NCBI GenBank assembly: GCA_026025075.1
Contig: JAPEUI010000007.1
Coordinates: 62,001 to 126,000, forward strand
DNA: 64,000 nt
Direction: 5' to 3'
DNA from: Vezdaea acicularis
Lineage: Eukaryota
Positions 49,681 to 63,515 of this stretch are shown piece by piece. How positions within the stretch are numbered: position 1 is the stretch's first letter; each line of letters begins with the position of its first letter. Both the position numbers and the translations under genes were made by a program. The notes beneath the pieces are model-generated. The model was not told the DNA's origin and made no database searches. It was given only the letters and a program-made list of their open reading frames with translations.

Positions 49681-52600
49681 TCACTGTCGACCAAAGCCCA
49701 GCGAATACTGCAACGCAACCCGTAACCTAGCTTCTAGCAGCTCTTTCGACGAATAATCTGGTAGAAGGAGTCTACTGAAGCATGTTGCACTTGTCGGAAG
49801 TAACTACAACAATCAGTCAAAAAGGTTTATATTAAGGAAGGGATTACTTACTCCATCATAAGTGCCATTTCTCTGGATAACAAAAGTCAAGCCAGAAATT
49901 CCTGTAACCGGCACACGTTCTGTACTTGTGACAAATTGCAATAGCTGGGCTTTCTGTGCATTCGTATAGTCGTGCACGATTTCCCAGAACCATTGGATGG
50001 CTCTTGAGCTAGCAGTATAACCATCATAGGTGGCGTAATGCTGTAAAGCATGGCTATCAATAGAGATAGACCCTTCTACAATGGCTTTGAGGTTTTCCGG
50101 TGTAAAGAGCTAAAAAAATATTGTTAGCTGCTGATCAAGTAATAAGGAATCTGCTTGACTATACCGCGAGTGCTTTAGCATCAATACAAACAAAGAATCC
50201 TCTCTTGAAAGATTCAAACCGGCCGTCGAGTGACTTGTCCGTAAGCCAAACAACATAGTCCTCAACGTACTGCTTGCGGTTCTCATTTGTGACCATTACC
50301 GGCTCAGGGTGGTCAGGAGTGGGAGACTTTATCGTTGTCGATGCGGAAGAACCACCATTCTGACTTCCTGGCGGTTTGGATAAGGTGTTGTCAGAATTTG
50401 GAGCCTCGTCTACAGCCTTCTCTTTTCCTTTGCTGTTGGTATATAGACTGACGGGAGCGGCGTCAGTTGGTCCATCCCATCGCATGTCAATGTTGACAAC
50501 TCGGCCATATGATTCAAAGCTGAACTCATATGTCCGCATAAAGATATCCGCAACGTCTTCCTCACTCCATTCGAGAAGCTCTGTTAATCCTTTCGCTAGG
50601 TCTGGCCATCCATCTCGAATGTGCTCGAGAGAATTCACTCGCAAGCCTAGGAGCTTACGATAGAACACTAGCGGCAGCGTGACAGGTAGGTTTATACCGT
50701 TAAATATGGCCAGAGAAAACAGAATTCCGAGAAGTTCGAATTTGTAATGTGGTTCGACCGCTCCCGGGTCAAACCAGGACACCCTTGTCGCGCTGTCGGT
50801 TTTGAAGATACCATATGCTGGGTTAAAAGCCTCAGCGATGGCAACCCGAAAGAATTCTACCTGTACGCCACCATGGTCGAGACCTTCTTCGCCCTCGTCC
50901 ATACCCATCTTTACTTTCAAAGGTCGCAATAGTTCCCTCCGCTCACGTCTCCAAAGCTGGTCCATTGCATCAGAGAGCACACTCTCTCGTCGAATAAGCA
51001 ACACCAAATACTGATTGAAAGTAACCGGCAAACGCTGGACCATCTCACTTTCCATCTCCAGACCAGAAACATTAGGGCTCAGGTTGACGAGAAGTCGCAT
51101 ATGTTGAAGAGCTGTGCGACTGGCTTCAATTGACTCATACATCTTATCGTAGTTAAGAGTCCTGAAATACTTTACAAGAGCACCAGGCTGAAAGAGGAAT
51201 GAACATGAAAGTATATGTATCGTCTTAGGGGTCTTTTGATAACTGAGCCATTTTGATGGCATGTCTACAGGGTCAAGGCGACTGCTAATCCAAGGAGTGT
51301 AAAAGGCTTCCATGGGTAGACCTAGGCTGTCTCGTCTCTTATCTGTCCATGTCTTAGCACAATATGTGAGAGGGGAGTTGGCAGCCTACATAGTAACGAG
51401 AGCAAAGCAAGGCAGCACCCTGCAAGACTAGACCGAGCCACCTCATATTTGCCATCCCACTCTTTAAGTAAGAGGCTGCGCACCCACTCTAACGTTATTG
51501 CTGCCATCGACCAGCTGGGCTCCGCTTCGAGCCTTACAGGGAGACCATCAAAGAAGAGGGTCGGGGGTTCACCATCCATGGGGTTTGGAGTTTCGACCGA
51601 TCTCCCAAGGTAATCCCAGACCAGTTCAAGCATTTTACTTTGGGAGTTGTCCTCAGCAAATGATCCACTCCTACTGAAAGCCTTATTCTTAAGCATCTCA
51701 TGGTAGCTTTCTCTAGCTGAGATGACCTTGACGAGTCTCCTAACAAGTCGTATGCCCAATTCATCTTCTAGCGCGTCCGAGATGCATACAAGAGGGTCCC
51801 ATAGATCGCTTTGGGTGTAGTTCATGCTGAAATCTGGGACTACTCGGCCGTTGCAGCGAAGATTGCGAGTTGTCAGCCATACATTCCTACCGACTTTTGG
51901 CAAGGCGGCTGACAACGCGTGGAGACATATTTTAATCATATGTGCGGCATCAACATCATCGATATAGCTCTTTGGAGGGACTGTGCGTTGTAAGCTCAGA
52001 ACTGTCGGGGAACTTGATGAGATCAGCGGCAAGGTCATTGCTGCCTTGAGCCTTGGACTCCGGGGTGACATCAACTCAGGGGGTGGGAGCATCAGCGGCT
52101 CGATCCCGAACCACAGACTTTTGTAAACGAGGGACGAGTGGGCCGCCATAAGACTGCGGAATCCCCTGTCCATCTTCTTATAGCACATATGCTTTTTCGA
52201 TATGTTTGTTCCATCGATATCAACGGAGCTTGAATCTCGGAAGGAACTCAGGAGACCATCTGCATTTCCAAAAGCATAGAAGACACTTTGCTCAGCAAAA
52301 GCATAGGCCTCCCTATACGTCCTAGATGTCTTAGGACCTACAGTTAGTCCATACTTTCGAAGCCAAGCACGCTCTTGCGGAGAACAGGGATCGTGGCTTT
52401 GTAACAAACTCGCTAGGCCCTCGATGGTCTCACAAGTCAGATGAGAGAGTGATTCTGGCGGCCTGATGAATTCAAGGGGCTTATAATAAAGTTGAGACCC
52501 AGCTTCATGTTGGTTAGCTCGAGCTCTTGGCTTTCGTACCTTTTGCTCAGAAGTGATAATTGGCTTGGCCGACGAGGGGAGTTGAGGCATTTTCGATCCG

Positions 52601-53904
52601 TTCCATGAGTCTCTTCGAGCTTTATGGGCGTTAGAGTCATATACAATCCTCTCCTTCTTTTTCAGATTTCGATGCCTTCTCTCCTTTATTACTTCTGGTG
52701 GGGTCCCGTTTGCCTCTTCGAGGATTTGGTTATGTGGCGTCATCGGAGGCAAGGGGCGACTTTGCTTGAAATGCTTAGAAATTTCTTTTCCTTCTCTTGA
52801 CAGTTCAGTGTCAACCTCAGTCAAAAGAGAAGAACTCCGTCGGGGTTTCATAGGAGATGAGGGATGCCCGTTGATTTTAGTGGCATGACTTTCATAGCTC
52901 TTGTCCTTCGTTCGATTGAGGCCAGCCAAAGGTTTGGGAGAAGCGCTTTGAGCGCTATTGGTCTGCTCCTTTGTAGGTTCAGAAGTAGGAGATGTATTAC
53001 GGTTGAGATGAACGTGGCCCTCGAATCGCTTTTCGCGCCTTTCCCGCCTCTCATGTTTCTCGGGGCGATGGCTGGGAGTAAGGATTGGATATTTAGTCTC
53101 TTCCCCTTCAGGCGCAAGCCTACTAGTGAACCATTTCGCTGGATTAGGGAGATGAAAAGAAGTGATAGCCTGCATTGATATGGTGTCATAGAGGTTTTGA
53201 GTAAGAGACCTCGGATCCTTTCTATAGCGCTTTGTTCCCGGTGGGTCGTCCGGGGAAGATGCCTTCTGCTTCTCTGCTATGGAATTCTCCTTTTCCTTCA
53301 GTGTAGTTTTCTTTGCAGCTTTCGTCTCTTCCGTACTCCCTTGAGCATGTGTAGCGTTAGCCTCATGGAGAGCCTGAGCTCTGCGTCCTTCTTCTTCCCA
53401 TTCATGATGTGATTCTATTGCGTTATCTTCCGTCTCTGGAGTAAGCAATGGCTTGTTTGGGCATAACGCTTCTTCTGGGTTCTCCCTGCTAGCTAGATAG
53501 CAAGCTACAGCCCTCGCACTTATTGCGGTCAAGCGGCGAGGTGGCGGATTGGTAGCACGGCGGCGAAATGTGTAGCAGTTTGGAGTAGTGCAAGAAGGTA
53601 CATCGCAGCCATAGCGGACCTGGTAGAAGTATCTAAGAACCCATTCCCTTAGCAATCGATGACTAGCGTTCGTGAGGGTAGAAGACTCCCGAACTCACCT
53701 CCGAACGAGTGTCTGAAACGCCCTAGTCCGATTAGAATCTCGAACTATGAGTATTCTTTCTGGATCCCGAACATAGATCGTATCACGTTTGAGACACTTG
53801 GGCGCCTTCGCTGGACGAACTGGAAAATCTGAATTATGCCACATAAGGGGAGGCAGACTTGCGGCCGGCCTTGTCTCCCCCGAGACACCAACCTTGCGCG
53901 TCAT
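49681..53904 (-). CDS. HECT-domain E3 ubiquitin ligase (multi-exon)
   Basis: N-terminal Cys-rich [49 protein letters not shown]; catalytic LPTSATCF; ends YSLGFGRQ*. Confidence 0.9.
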
Positions 53905-54231
53905 ATCATTAGTGATATGAGTTGGAGATCTCCTGGCTAGGAATGATCAGTGGTTGTGTAGTCGTAGTGGTGTGAGGTATGAAGTAGTAATTTGTAAACA
54001 GAGGCGAAGCTTCCTGAGCTCAGGTTCATGAACGTTCGGTAAAATGCTCCTACAATATGACGGGGTCTCTTGCCGATTTTGGCGTACTCGGGCGTTGGTG
54101 TTGGCTCGCTAGATTATAAAAGTAGATCATTCTGTACACGGACCTCCCTCGTTTTGACACAATTGCTTTATGAATTGTGCACGTCACTGAGAACTTCCTT
54201 GTTCAGCAAGCTGGAATTATTAGGTTCAATC

Positions 54232-56057
54232 ATGACTTCAATAGCTCCCAACCGTTTAACGACTGAAGCTGCTCAGTATGGACAGACTTCGCTGAATAAC
54301 ACTCATCCATTCACTTGCAATACTTGTCAGGTGGCGTTCCGGAGCAGCGAGTCACAGCGGGCTCATATGCGCAGCGATTGGCAGTACGCAGTATTTAATT
54401 CCTCTAATGATCGTGTTGACTGACTTCGAAAGTCGGTACAATCTCAAGAGGCGTGTGGCATCTCTTCCACCACTGTCATCTGAAGTCTTCTCGGAGAAAG
54501 TGCTCAGTGCTCAAGCGATATCGACTGCGGCGGCCGCAAGGGCGTCTTTTGAGAGAAATTGCAACCTCTGTCTAAAAACGTATTTCAGTGAAAATGCCTA
54601 CCAGAATCATGTGGGAAGTCAGAAGCATAAAACGAAAGCACTTGCAGCTCCGCGTAACAAGGACGAAGATGGCGAAGTTGGTTCGATTGCCACCTCCACC
54701 TTCACTCTTGGAGATTCCGTACACACAGAGACCACAGTAGGGCATGATGATCCTGAAGTAAGCGAAGAATTCTCGAAGGTAGTGCAAGGCATTAAAGATG
54801 CCAGGCTTGCTGAGCCCGAGCTGGGGGCAGGAAGACCGTCAGGACAAAACCCTTCTGCTAGTGAACAGCGACCAGACCCCCTACTATACCCTGAGACCAA
54901 ACAGACGACCTCAACCGTGGATGGATCCAAAGGGTCGCAGTCTGACGAGATTTGCTCCTGCTTGTTCTGCAATTACAAGTCACCTACCCTAGCCCTAAAC
55001 ATATCGCACATGGGGAGGCAGCACGGCATGTTCATTCCAGAACAGCCTTACCTCGTTGATACTAAGGGTCTGATTCGCTACCTTTCCGAAAAGGTTCATG
55101 AAGACCATCAATGCTTCTTCTGTAACAAATCTAAAGGGACTACAGCGGGCGTCCAAACCCATATGCGCGATAAAGGGCATTGTATGATCGCCTTTGAATC
55201 GGAGGAGGAGATGATCGAAGTAGGACAATTCTACGACTTCCGGAGTACCTACTCAGACGACGAGGAAGACGAGGAAGACGAGTCAAGTGATGATACTGGT
55301 GCAAAAGGGAGCAGTGGAGGGGTTAAACTCGGCGCGCGGCGAGATCCCAAGGGCAAGACGTTGACATCCAACGGTCAAGGCGAAGAGGATGGCTGGGAAA
55401 CTGACTCATCCGTCTCATCAGTGGCCTCTGAGAATATTGGTCGTGTCTATGCAGATCCCTCAGAACGCTACGCCAAGCTTGCTCATCACCCCCACCACTC
55501 GCATTTCGACCATCGGCCTCACCACAACATTGACGGGTGGCACTCTCACGCTCACAGCCACCGTGCGGTATACTACGCAGATTATGAGCTTCATCTTCCT
55601 TCCGGCAAGGCAGTCGGGCATCGATCACTGAACCGTTACTACCGCCAAAACTTATACGGACGATCGATAGGAAGGCTACAATCGCCTCCACCACCCCACC
55701 GCGCCATACAAGACGACACAGACTCTTCAGACGCAGAGACAGAACCAGAAGAAGACCAACAGCCACAGCAACAGCAAGCGCTCGTGCACCGCCAACGGGA
55801 TCGAGCCCGCCAGCTGGCTGGGCGTGCAAATGGCGGTTTGGGTATGGTTGGCGTTTCCGCTGCGAAGAAGAGCGAAGTCACAGCCATGGAAAAGCGGGAG
55901 CGAAAGTGCGAGCAGAGGGGCAGGACTAGGTATGAATGGGGAAACAACAAGAGAGCCAACGCACAGAAGCATTTCAGGGTAAGCCATGTGCATAAGACTC
56001 CGCGTAACCCTGAGAACATTAGACTGATCCTATTCATAGGACCCCCTACTCCAGTAG
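54232..56057 (+). CDS. REI1: Cytoplasmic pre-60S factor Rei1/Reh1 (C2H2 zinc fingers; 2 introns)
   Basis: FTCNTCQVAF..QRAHMRSDWH|RYNLKRRVASLPPL; CLFC..HMGRQHGMFIPE; HMRDKGHC; GHRSLNRYYRQNL; QKHFR|DPLLQ*. Confidence 0.93.
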
Positions 56058-56760
56058 GCTCATACTACTACGCTTACCCTTCACGCTCGACCTCCTTTTC
56101 ACATACCACAAGCCTCCTTGCATTTCTAGCGATCCCGGTTGCATCTGATGGCTCTAGCAATGGCGTTTCACTCACCTTACGAAGGACTCACGAACTCACC
56201 GGCTGGCGCGATCATTGAGTAATGAGACTAGATGGGTGGATGGAAAATATTGCGACATGGGCAAAAAATTTCTTTTAGAGGGTTGATTAAAAATAGATCC
56301 ATTGACTTTCTCCCATTTTGTTCCCAGGCTATTCTCAATTGATCACAATAAAATACACGATCAATGATGAGGTTAATGAACGCAATATCTTTGAATTCTT
56401 AAGGGTATCTTATCCGGAATCCCTCTCCCTCCCTCCCCTATCTATAAGTCGTGAGGAATGGGTATATACAAGAAACCTTCCTCAAGCCCTATGTCAATCA
56501 GCACAGACCTTCGGCCCAGCGAGATCCGTCCCTGTTGACCCGCCGTGAAGTCCGTCCTGCGCCAAAAGCTCCGTTGTGAGAAAGAAAAGAATGCCCAAGC
56601 CCGAACGCCCATGCCCCATCTCGTCCAAGCCAACCCTGATCTGTTAAGGATTCCGCAGCACCAGTGGGAGGGAGTTAGAAAGATAGTGCCTCTCGTGATA
56701 TGAGGGTGAAGTCCACACTATCTTAAGTCAAACATTCCCTCCTTGTCGCGTCTCGTCTAA

Positions 56761-58923
56761 TCATAAGAAACCCGCCCCGTACCCCCTCTGCCCCGTGCCA
56801 CCCTCCCACTCATGCGGCCCAGCAGTATTAGCGCGTCTAGGCGGCGGCATCCTTTGCGCTGGCTTTTGCGCCTCTAGTTCATCCGCAGAGCCGTAAGCAT
56901 CGTAGATGCTGTCGTAGGCACCCTCGCTTCTGTAGGATGACTGAGGGGGTGCGGTGCCAGCGCGGGCAGTGGGTGCGGGAGGGAAGTAGGAGGCTGGCGG
57001 TCCTTGTGAGGTAGCTGAGGGCTCGGTGAGGTTACGGTGGGGCGCTCGGCCCGGAGGATATGGGAGGGGCTGCTGAGGTTGAGACTGGAGTGGGAGGGGT
57101 TTAGGGTTGGTTGGGGTGAAGGCGACATACCCGTTGTTAGACGACGGTGGAGGGCGATAGGGCGATTCGGATCGAGGGGTTCGGCTTGGGAATGGGAAAT
57201 TCTCTTCTGAACCAAAAGGTGGTGGGTTAGGCGTTTGTTGGCGGCTTGGGTTGGGTGTGCTGCGGCCGCTTGGAGGGGGGCCTGGTGTACGTCGTCCGTA
57301 GTCGTCAACAGGTGGTGGTGCATACGGCGACTGTCGACCTTGTTGCGGGCCAGGGGTTCGTCTGTCCATTGGGTTATAGTTTGGTGGACCAGGTGTCCGA
57401 CGGCCGGGCCCATTCATTGGAGGTGGCCCTGGCGCGCGATTGCTGTTCGCAGTCGAAGGGCGAGAGTTAGGACCGTACGCGAAGCCACCTGCAGCCGAGC
57501 CGTTGGTATAGCTTCGTCCTGGTGGCGGGCGTTCGTTACCTCTCATCATAGAGGGGATATGTGGCGTTTGACTACGGCTAGGCGTGCCGAATGCCATTGC
57601 ACCCGCATTCGTGGTGAGTGGAGCATTGGATGCATATGAAGCCTGGGTGCCGGCTCGTGAAAGCGGTGCTCCCGTTGCTGAGCCCATGAGCTCTGGCAGT
57701 GTAGGTTGGCGCTGAAGGCCAGGTGGGTCACTGCCATTTCGAGTAGGTGGCCGTGACGAGTAGGTGGGTAGTGTGGCTTGTGATGTATTTCGCGTGAGAG
57801 TCGACATGGAGTCATCTGCTTTTTCGTTCATATCTCCAAGTAACGGTAAAGTAGGCTCACGCTTGACTGGAGGTGGCCTTTCGCCTGCCTTTAGGGCCTT
57901 TGCTTCTTCGAGTTGCCTCTTAGTTTCCTCCTTTTCCCGAGCTTTCTGGATCTTGGCTCCAACAATCGTATTGACCCGGCTGTCGATCTTTCTTTTACAG
58001 TAAGCAGAGAGCGATCCATCAGAGCTTGGCACCCAATGCCAAAGGAACAGAAGGTACAGGATGCAGGCGATGATAAGATTGAGTGCGGAGATCACCCAGA
58101 TCACAAGCACCCAAAGCATACCCAAGAGCACAATTCCTTCTTTCTGGTTGGTGTTGAACATAACGCTAAAGTTGAACCAGAATTGTTGAAATGGTGATCG
58201 ACCTCCCGAAGCTCCATTGGCCCCGGTAGGAATTAGTTTCGCCTGAAGAAAGGAATATAGTGTCAGAGCATTGATGACCTGACGTGGTCCCTCGGCAAAT
58301 ATAACCCTAAGCCACGCTAATAGTTGTGAGCGTATGTTCATGACAGCAAGTAAGAGAGGTTTACCTTTGAATGAGAAGTAGCTGAAGAGGGCAACATATT
58401 CAACGCCCTTCTTACTCTTCGTAAGCTCCGCAAATACAAGAAATCTTCTCCAGCCTCGACCTCTCTTGCCCATGCGTATACACTGCACTCGTACTGCTAG
58501 AGTGTCTAGGTAGCTCTCCGCAACTCCTCCCCGTTTCATAACTCTTATTGCGCGGATCCATTCGAGTCCCAGAATTACGAACGAAACGATGATACAGGCG
58601 GCGAATATCCACTTTGCTACTGACAAAGGTATTGTAGGCTTGACTTGGCCGGACCATCGATTAAATGCCAGTAAATTCACGGCGATGAAAGTGTCAACGA
58701 CGTAGATGGATATGGAGATGAGGAGAGAAATATAAAGAATGCCATAGGATAGTGGCGATAGAAAGGACGTGGACTTGAAGTCAGAGAGATTCTGCGCAAG
58801 CTGTTAGAAAAGGTGCCTCATTGAAACCCGCGGATGAACGGATTGTACTGAACTCACAATATAGTCCCATTTGTGCTCTGCGCTCACTTCCTTGAGCTTT
58901 TCTTTGCGACCGCAACAAGCCAT
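56761..58923 (-). CDS. Kch1/Prm6-family fungal membrane (potassium uptake) protein with Pro-rich tail
   Basis: KWDYI|NLSDF; DTFIAVNLLAFNRWS; WIFAACII; IFAEGPRQVINALTL; LSAYCKRKIDSR; multiple TM segments. Confidence 0.8.
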
Positions 58924-60032
58924 GATAGTAGCTTAGATATTGCCGCGAGGTATCTTCCTGGTCCAGCCAGAGTCGATACGAGGAAGTAATCGAAGCATTC
59001 GCTAATAAAGAGATAGGGGTTGTTGTTCAACGCGTCGATATGTTAAGAGAGTGTAATGATGCAGCGCAATCGTCCAGCGCAGCAAAGAGAGAGTCAGGTA
59101 GAGGCCGTAGTGAGGCCGAGCCGTGAATATTGAACGACAAAGGAGGGTGGGTTGAACGAAGGAGATGATAAGAGGCGGTCGAGGTGGACGGGCTGCTGCT
59201 GGTTTCACCTTCTGCCAAGGGTTTCGTACCTTGCAGTATACCCGAAGTGGTTAGTGCCTGGCGGCAAAATGGGTCCAATTAGGCCACACGACGACCACCT
59301 CGACGACGATGCACCTTTACCGCCGGTATGCCAGAGGCCGTCGAAAAACGGCAAAGGTGCTCTTCAAACCTGACTGAGCCGTTGATGCGACCGTCGAGGC
59401 TGTTGCTCTTATCCAGCCTGCGAGTCTCACCTATTGATACCCGCCCCAGCACCCGTGACGTCGCGATCGATGAGCTCACTTCCAAAGACACCACACCCAT
59501 TCTAATGCAAAAGGGTTGTTCTCACAACGCAGGCCCAATTCTGCACCGCAGGGCGTGTAGCTGTCGTTCTGTCTCATTGGGCAATGCATTCCAGGAATTT
59601 TTTATATATACAGCGTGCTAAGCTCAAGTCGTTCAGGGTTGAGTGAAATTTCCGTAACGTTGGTACAGTGGCACAAACTCACTAGGTCACTGCCTTAATT
59701 GCACACCGGTGGTCCTTCCAGCATTCCAACCCTTTTGCCATCTTGGGCAACACACCCCGTTTTTTGGGGGCGACCGGTTCGAACCATGCATGGTTCCGAA
59801 CCTCCCGCCATTCACTATTTCAACATAGTCTAGGGAAAGTCCTACAAGGAAAATGCACGACACTTCACTCAAATCCTTCTCCGCTACCGGAATAGGTTGC
59901 TCAATGATTGGGCCCAATACTAGGCAGTTTATCGCAGCTTAATGGCTTTCTACTGGTATCTTTCAAAAGAGAATATTGGATTGCAACAGTGGCTGGATAT
60001 ATACTTTAGTTTCAACTGTTACCAGTGATCCT

Positions 60033-61247
60033 TCAATACTCCACAACCCGCTTAATAGCATCATAGACCCTCACTACATCCGGTATATTGAACCTTTCGT
60101 AAGCAAGCCCCATATGTGTACTCCACCCAGCCACTCTCTGCACAGGCGCTTCCAGCCTCAAGAAAGCTCCCTCCTGTATCGTAGCCGCCACCTCCGCGCC
60201 CACTCCAGCGTTCACCATGCTCTCATGCACCACGATCGCTCTCCCAGTCTTCTGGACGCTCTCCAAGATCGCGGGCCTGTCCCATGGGTACATAGTCCGC
60301 AAATCTATCAATTCGACCGAGATGCCGAAGTCTTGCTCTGCCTTCTCAATGGCAGCGGAGCATGTGTAGAGAGGGTGCCCGTAACTAATGATCGTGACGT
60401 CTGTTCCTTCCTTGAGCGTCTCCGCTTTCGAAAGTGGCAGCGTATACGACTCCATTGGGACTTGCTCGACAGCTGCTCTGTACAGCGCCTTTGGCTCCAT
60501 GATCACGACGGGGTCGGGACATGCAATTGCTCCCAATAGCAGGCCCTTTGCCTGCGTGGGCGAGCGCGGCATCACAACCCTCAGCCCAGGGATATGCGTA
60601 AGCAGCGACTCCGGCGACTGCGAATGATACCTAAACCACACCATCAACAAAAATTCATATGGCGGTACCGACTCCAGGGAGCGTTCTTACAGTGCACCAT
60701 GCCCTACGGCCCCGCACGGCATTCTGACAACCAAGCCGCCCACATTCTGCCCCGTCGTCCCAGCCCTGAATCGAAACTTCGCCGCCTCATTTACGAGTTG
60801 GTCGAACGCGGGGTACATATAGTCAGCGAATTGAATCTCAGCGACCGGCCGCATGCCCTCAGCCGCGCAGCCGATCGCAAAGCCGACAATGCCTTGTTCG
60901 GATAGCGGGGTGTTGAAGACGCGTTCGGAGCCGAACTGGTTCGCAAGGTTCATGGAGCAGCGGAAAACGCCGCCGAAGGCGACGTCCTCGCCGAAGAGGA
61001 GGACGCGCTCATCGGCAGCGAGGGCGGTTGCGAGCGCGTCATTGATGGCTTGGAAGAGATTGAGGCGCTTGGTGGTGCCGTTGCGGGCATGGGGCGGAAG
61101 TTCGGGGTTAGAGAGGCAGGAGCGCGACGTATGGTGGAGGAGGGGGGTTGTTGCGAAGTCAGTGGGGATGTTGAGGCGTGCGTTTGGGGGCTGGGTTGAG
61201 TAGGCTCGGCGGAGAGCAAGTAGAAGAGGTCGAGATGGTACTCGCAT
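60033..61247 (-). CDS. BCKDHB: Branched-chain 2-oxoacid dehydrogenase E1 beta subunit, mitochondrial (1 intron, about 60632-60688)
   Basis: [65 protein letters not shown]; presequence. Confidence 0.95.
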
Positions 61248-62066
61248 CGTTGTGGAGTGATCTTAGAACCATTTTTGGGACATCAAGAGATTGGGTCCTT
61301 CCGTAAGGGCGTCTGACGTTAGATCGTGATACGGCTATTAGCGGCTCCATGGAAAATCCGGGGTACTTCCGCCATTTCGGATCGCGGGGCGCCTCCCGCT
61401 TTCTGCGGCAAGTGCAAAGGAGAGATTCCAAAATTATTTTAAACATGAACAATCTGTTCTGAGGTTCTCACGAGGTTTAGAGCATGCGATGAACATAAAA
61501 TATTCATACGCAGAGTATCCCCTTGTTGTCGAGTAGGGTCGATTTGACTGGCTCAGACCCGATTATTTACCCTTGTAAAAATCTCACACTCCAGCTCCGT
61601 TGGTTTTTCCACATATTTTCAACAGGGGTTTCGTGTTGCCAACTTAGACCAAAAATTTACCTTTAACAGCCTCACCTCGTTAGATTCTGTCGTAACTTAA
61701 GAGTCATGGTGGTTTGAATCTTGCAGGGTCCTACAAGAGCGCATAAGGGAGGCTTCGCCGTGCGTGAAAGCCGCTGGATGATAGCAGACTTTGCGTTCGC
61801 GTGTTGCGAGAGGGGATATTTCATTATAAAGCTTCTTAGCTTATCAATTATTTCTGATCTAATCTAGTCTATCTCTAATCTTCAGAAGAGCTTTTTGATG
61901 CGCGTTCTACATGAAAGAAACTTAGGCAGTTGCTGTCTAAACGACGAATATTCTACGACTTTATCCTGGCCTAAAACCGCATTCACCTTAGGAAATCTAG
62001 AGCCGTGCTCACTGGCTTCTAAAGATTCGACTTGAAAGCATCTTTCTCTGATGCCTGGTGCGTCGT

Positions 62067-62924
62067 CTACATGAGTTGGATCTGCTCGTCTTGCGACAGC
62101 GGCTTCTCCGAGCCACTACGACGCGCCTTCGAAGCATCCGTCTCAAGCATCAATATCTTGCCCGATGACTCGTCAATTCTATAAGAGCGGAACTCGACAT
62201 TTTCCCAGCCAGTACCTGAGAGCGCCGTCAGTCAACAGTGAACAACGGCACTGATTGTTGTAGGTGGGCATATACCATCGAACTTGGTACTACCTGCCCA
62301 GTCTTCCGTCAGGAAATGAAGAAAGCGGCCATGAGTGACAACAACAATCTCTTTCTCCGGTCTTGATTTTAGCATACTTCTCATTTCTCTTGCCCGCTCC
62401 TCGACAATTTTCGCGTCTGGAGACCATCGTCCTTGCTTGCTATTCCATCCGTCCTGCACAAGGTGTAAATCGACAGGCTGGTCGCTGAATTCTTCTCTGA
62501 GAAAGGCCGGATTACTTCCAGTATCGCTTGGCAAATCGCCTGTTTCTTGCAGCTCGGGCACAGCTAGAACAGTCAACCCCCGTCGGATCTTAGTGTCGAA
62601 GCCTAATAACGCAGTGTAGAGGGTTCTCCGAAGAGGAGAAGCAAGGATGAGATCGACTTTGTCAAGGTAAGGGAATTTTCTATTGAGTTCGCGGCATTGC
62701 GCTTCACCTAGGGCGGTGAGTGACGGGTCAGGGAGTACGTGGTTTGCCATGCTAAGGTTGTGGAAGCCCTAAAGTAAGATACATTGGTTGGATAAGGCCT
62801 GGAGATAAAGCTGGAAGGTTTACCTGGGCATGACGGACGCAATGGACGATTGGCGCCACTGAAGATGCTAGATCAGTACAAACGTGGTGGGGCAAACTGG
62901 GAAGCGCTGTGATTATGACGTACT
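62067..62924 (-). CDS. Histidine phosphatase / phosphoglycerate mutase-family protein (ATG split by intron 62859-62923)
   Basis: MAPIVHCVRHAQ|GFHNL; DPSLTALGEAQC; ASPLRRTLYTA; PELQE; VVVTHG; GTGWENVEFRSY. Confidence 0.85.
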
Positions 62925-63515
62925 TGCTACTGAATCTAGAACCAAATGAACCCCGCAGTATATACGAAACTTAAGTAAATCGTTAGATGTCTAATTGATA
63001 TATGTAGAAAGAAAGAGAGCGCCCTTTCCTGAATTTAAGGCCATTGAGGAACCGCCGGAAACTCTCCCGAGCCACGGAAGCTCCCCTACGGATCCACCGG
63101 GCCCTGATTGCCGGGTTTGCGCCGCCCTAGCCTTTGTCTGGGCCAATCAATCTCTCACATGCAAAGTGGGCGGATCAGCATTACACACAACTTTTTTTGT
63201 GGCAACCAAAACTAAGGGGACGGTATCTCAGCGCTCTGCAGGTCTGTTTTTATCCGACCAGAGTTGTTTGAATGAATAGATACTGGATAGGCTGAGTCCC
63301 ATCGCATCAGAAAATATGATCGCATGGCATCTTGTGTGTAGGTTCTGAAAGAACTACGAGCAAAAAATAACTATGCCTGGCAATCCCTGCCATAATACGA
63401 ATGCTTGTGCAAACCACCAAAAGACGGTTGACAGGTAGCGAATGTGTTTGTTCTTATAGCCAGTCCTGCCAATCGAACCTAGATAGCCGTCCCACGTTAT
63501 ATATACAGAGTGGAC

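Noticed and set aside
2739..53904. Apparent ubiquitin-proteasome gene cluster (F-box, PRE9, RBR, HECT)
   Set aside because: The genes are dispersed among unrelated housekeeping genes, and these families are common in fungal genomes.
61700..61735. GGTTTGAATC resembling a tRNA T-loop
   Set aside because: No cloverleaf stems could be formed around it.
62020..62069. Possible premature TAG in the histidine-phosphatase gene (frame continues TTHQASEKDAFK after the stop)
   Set aside because: All catalytic motifs precede it, and a pseudogene call needs an orthologue alignment I cannot run.
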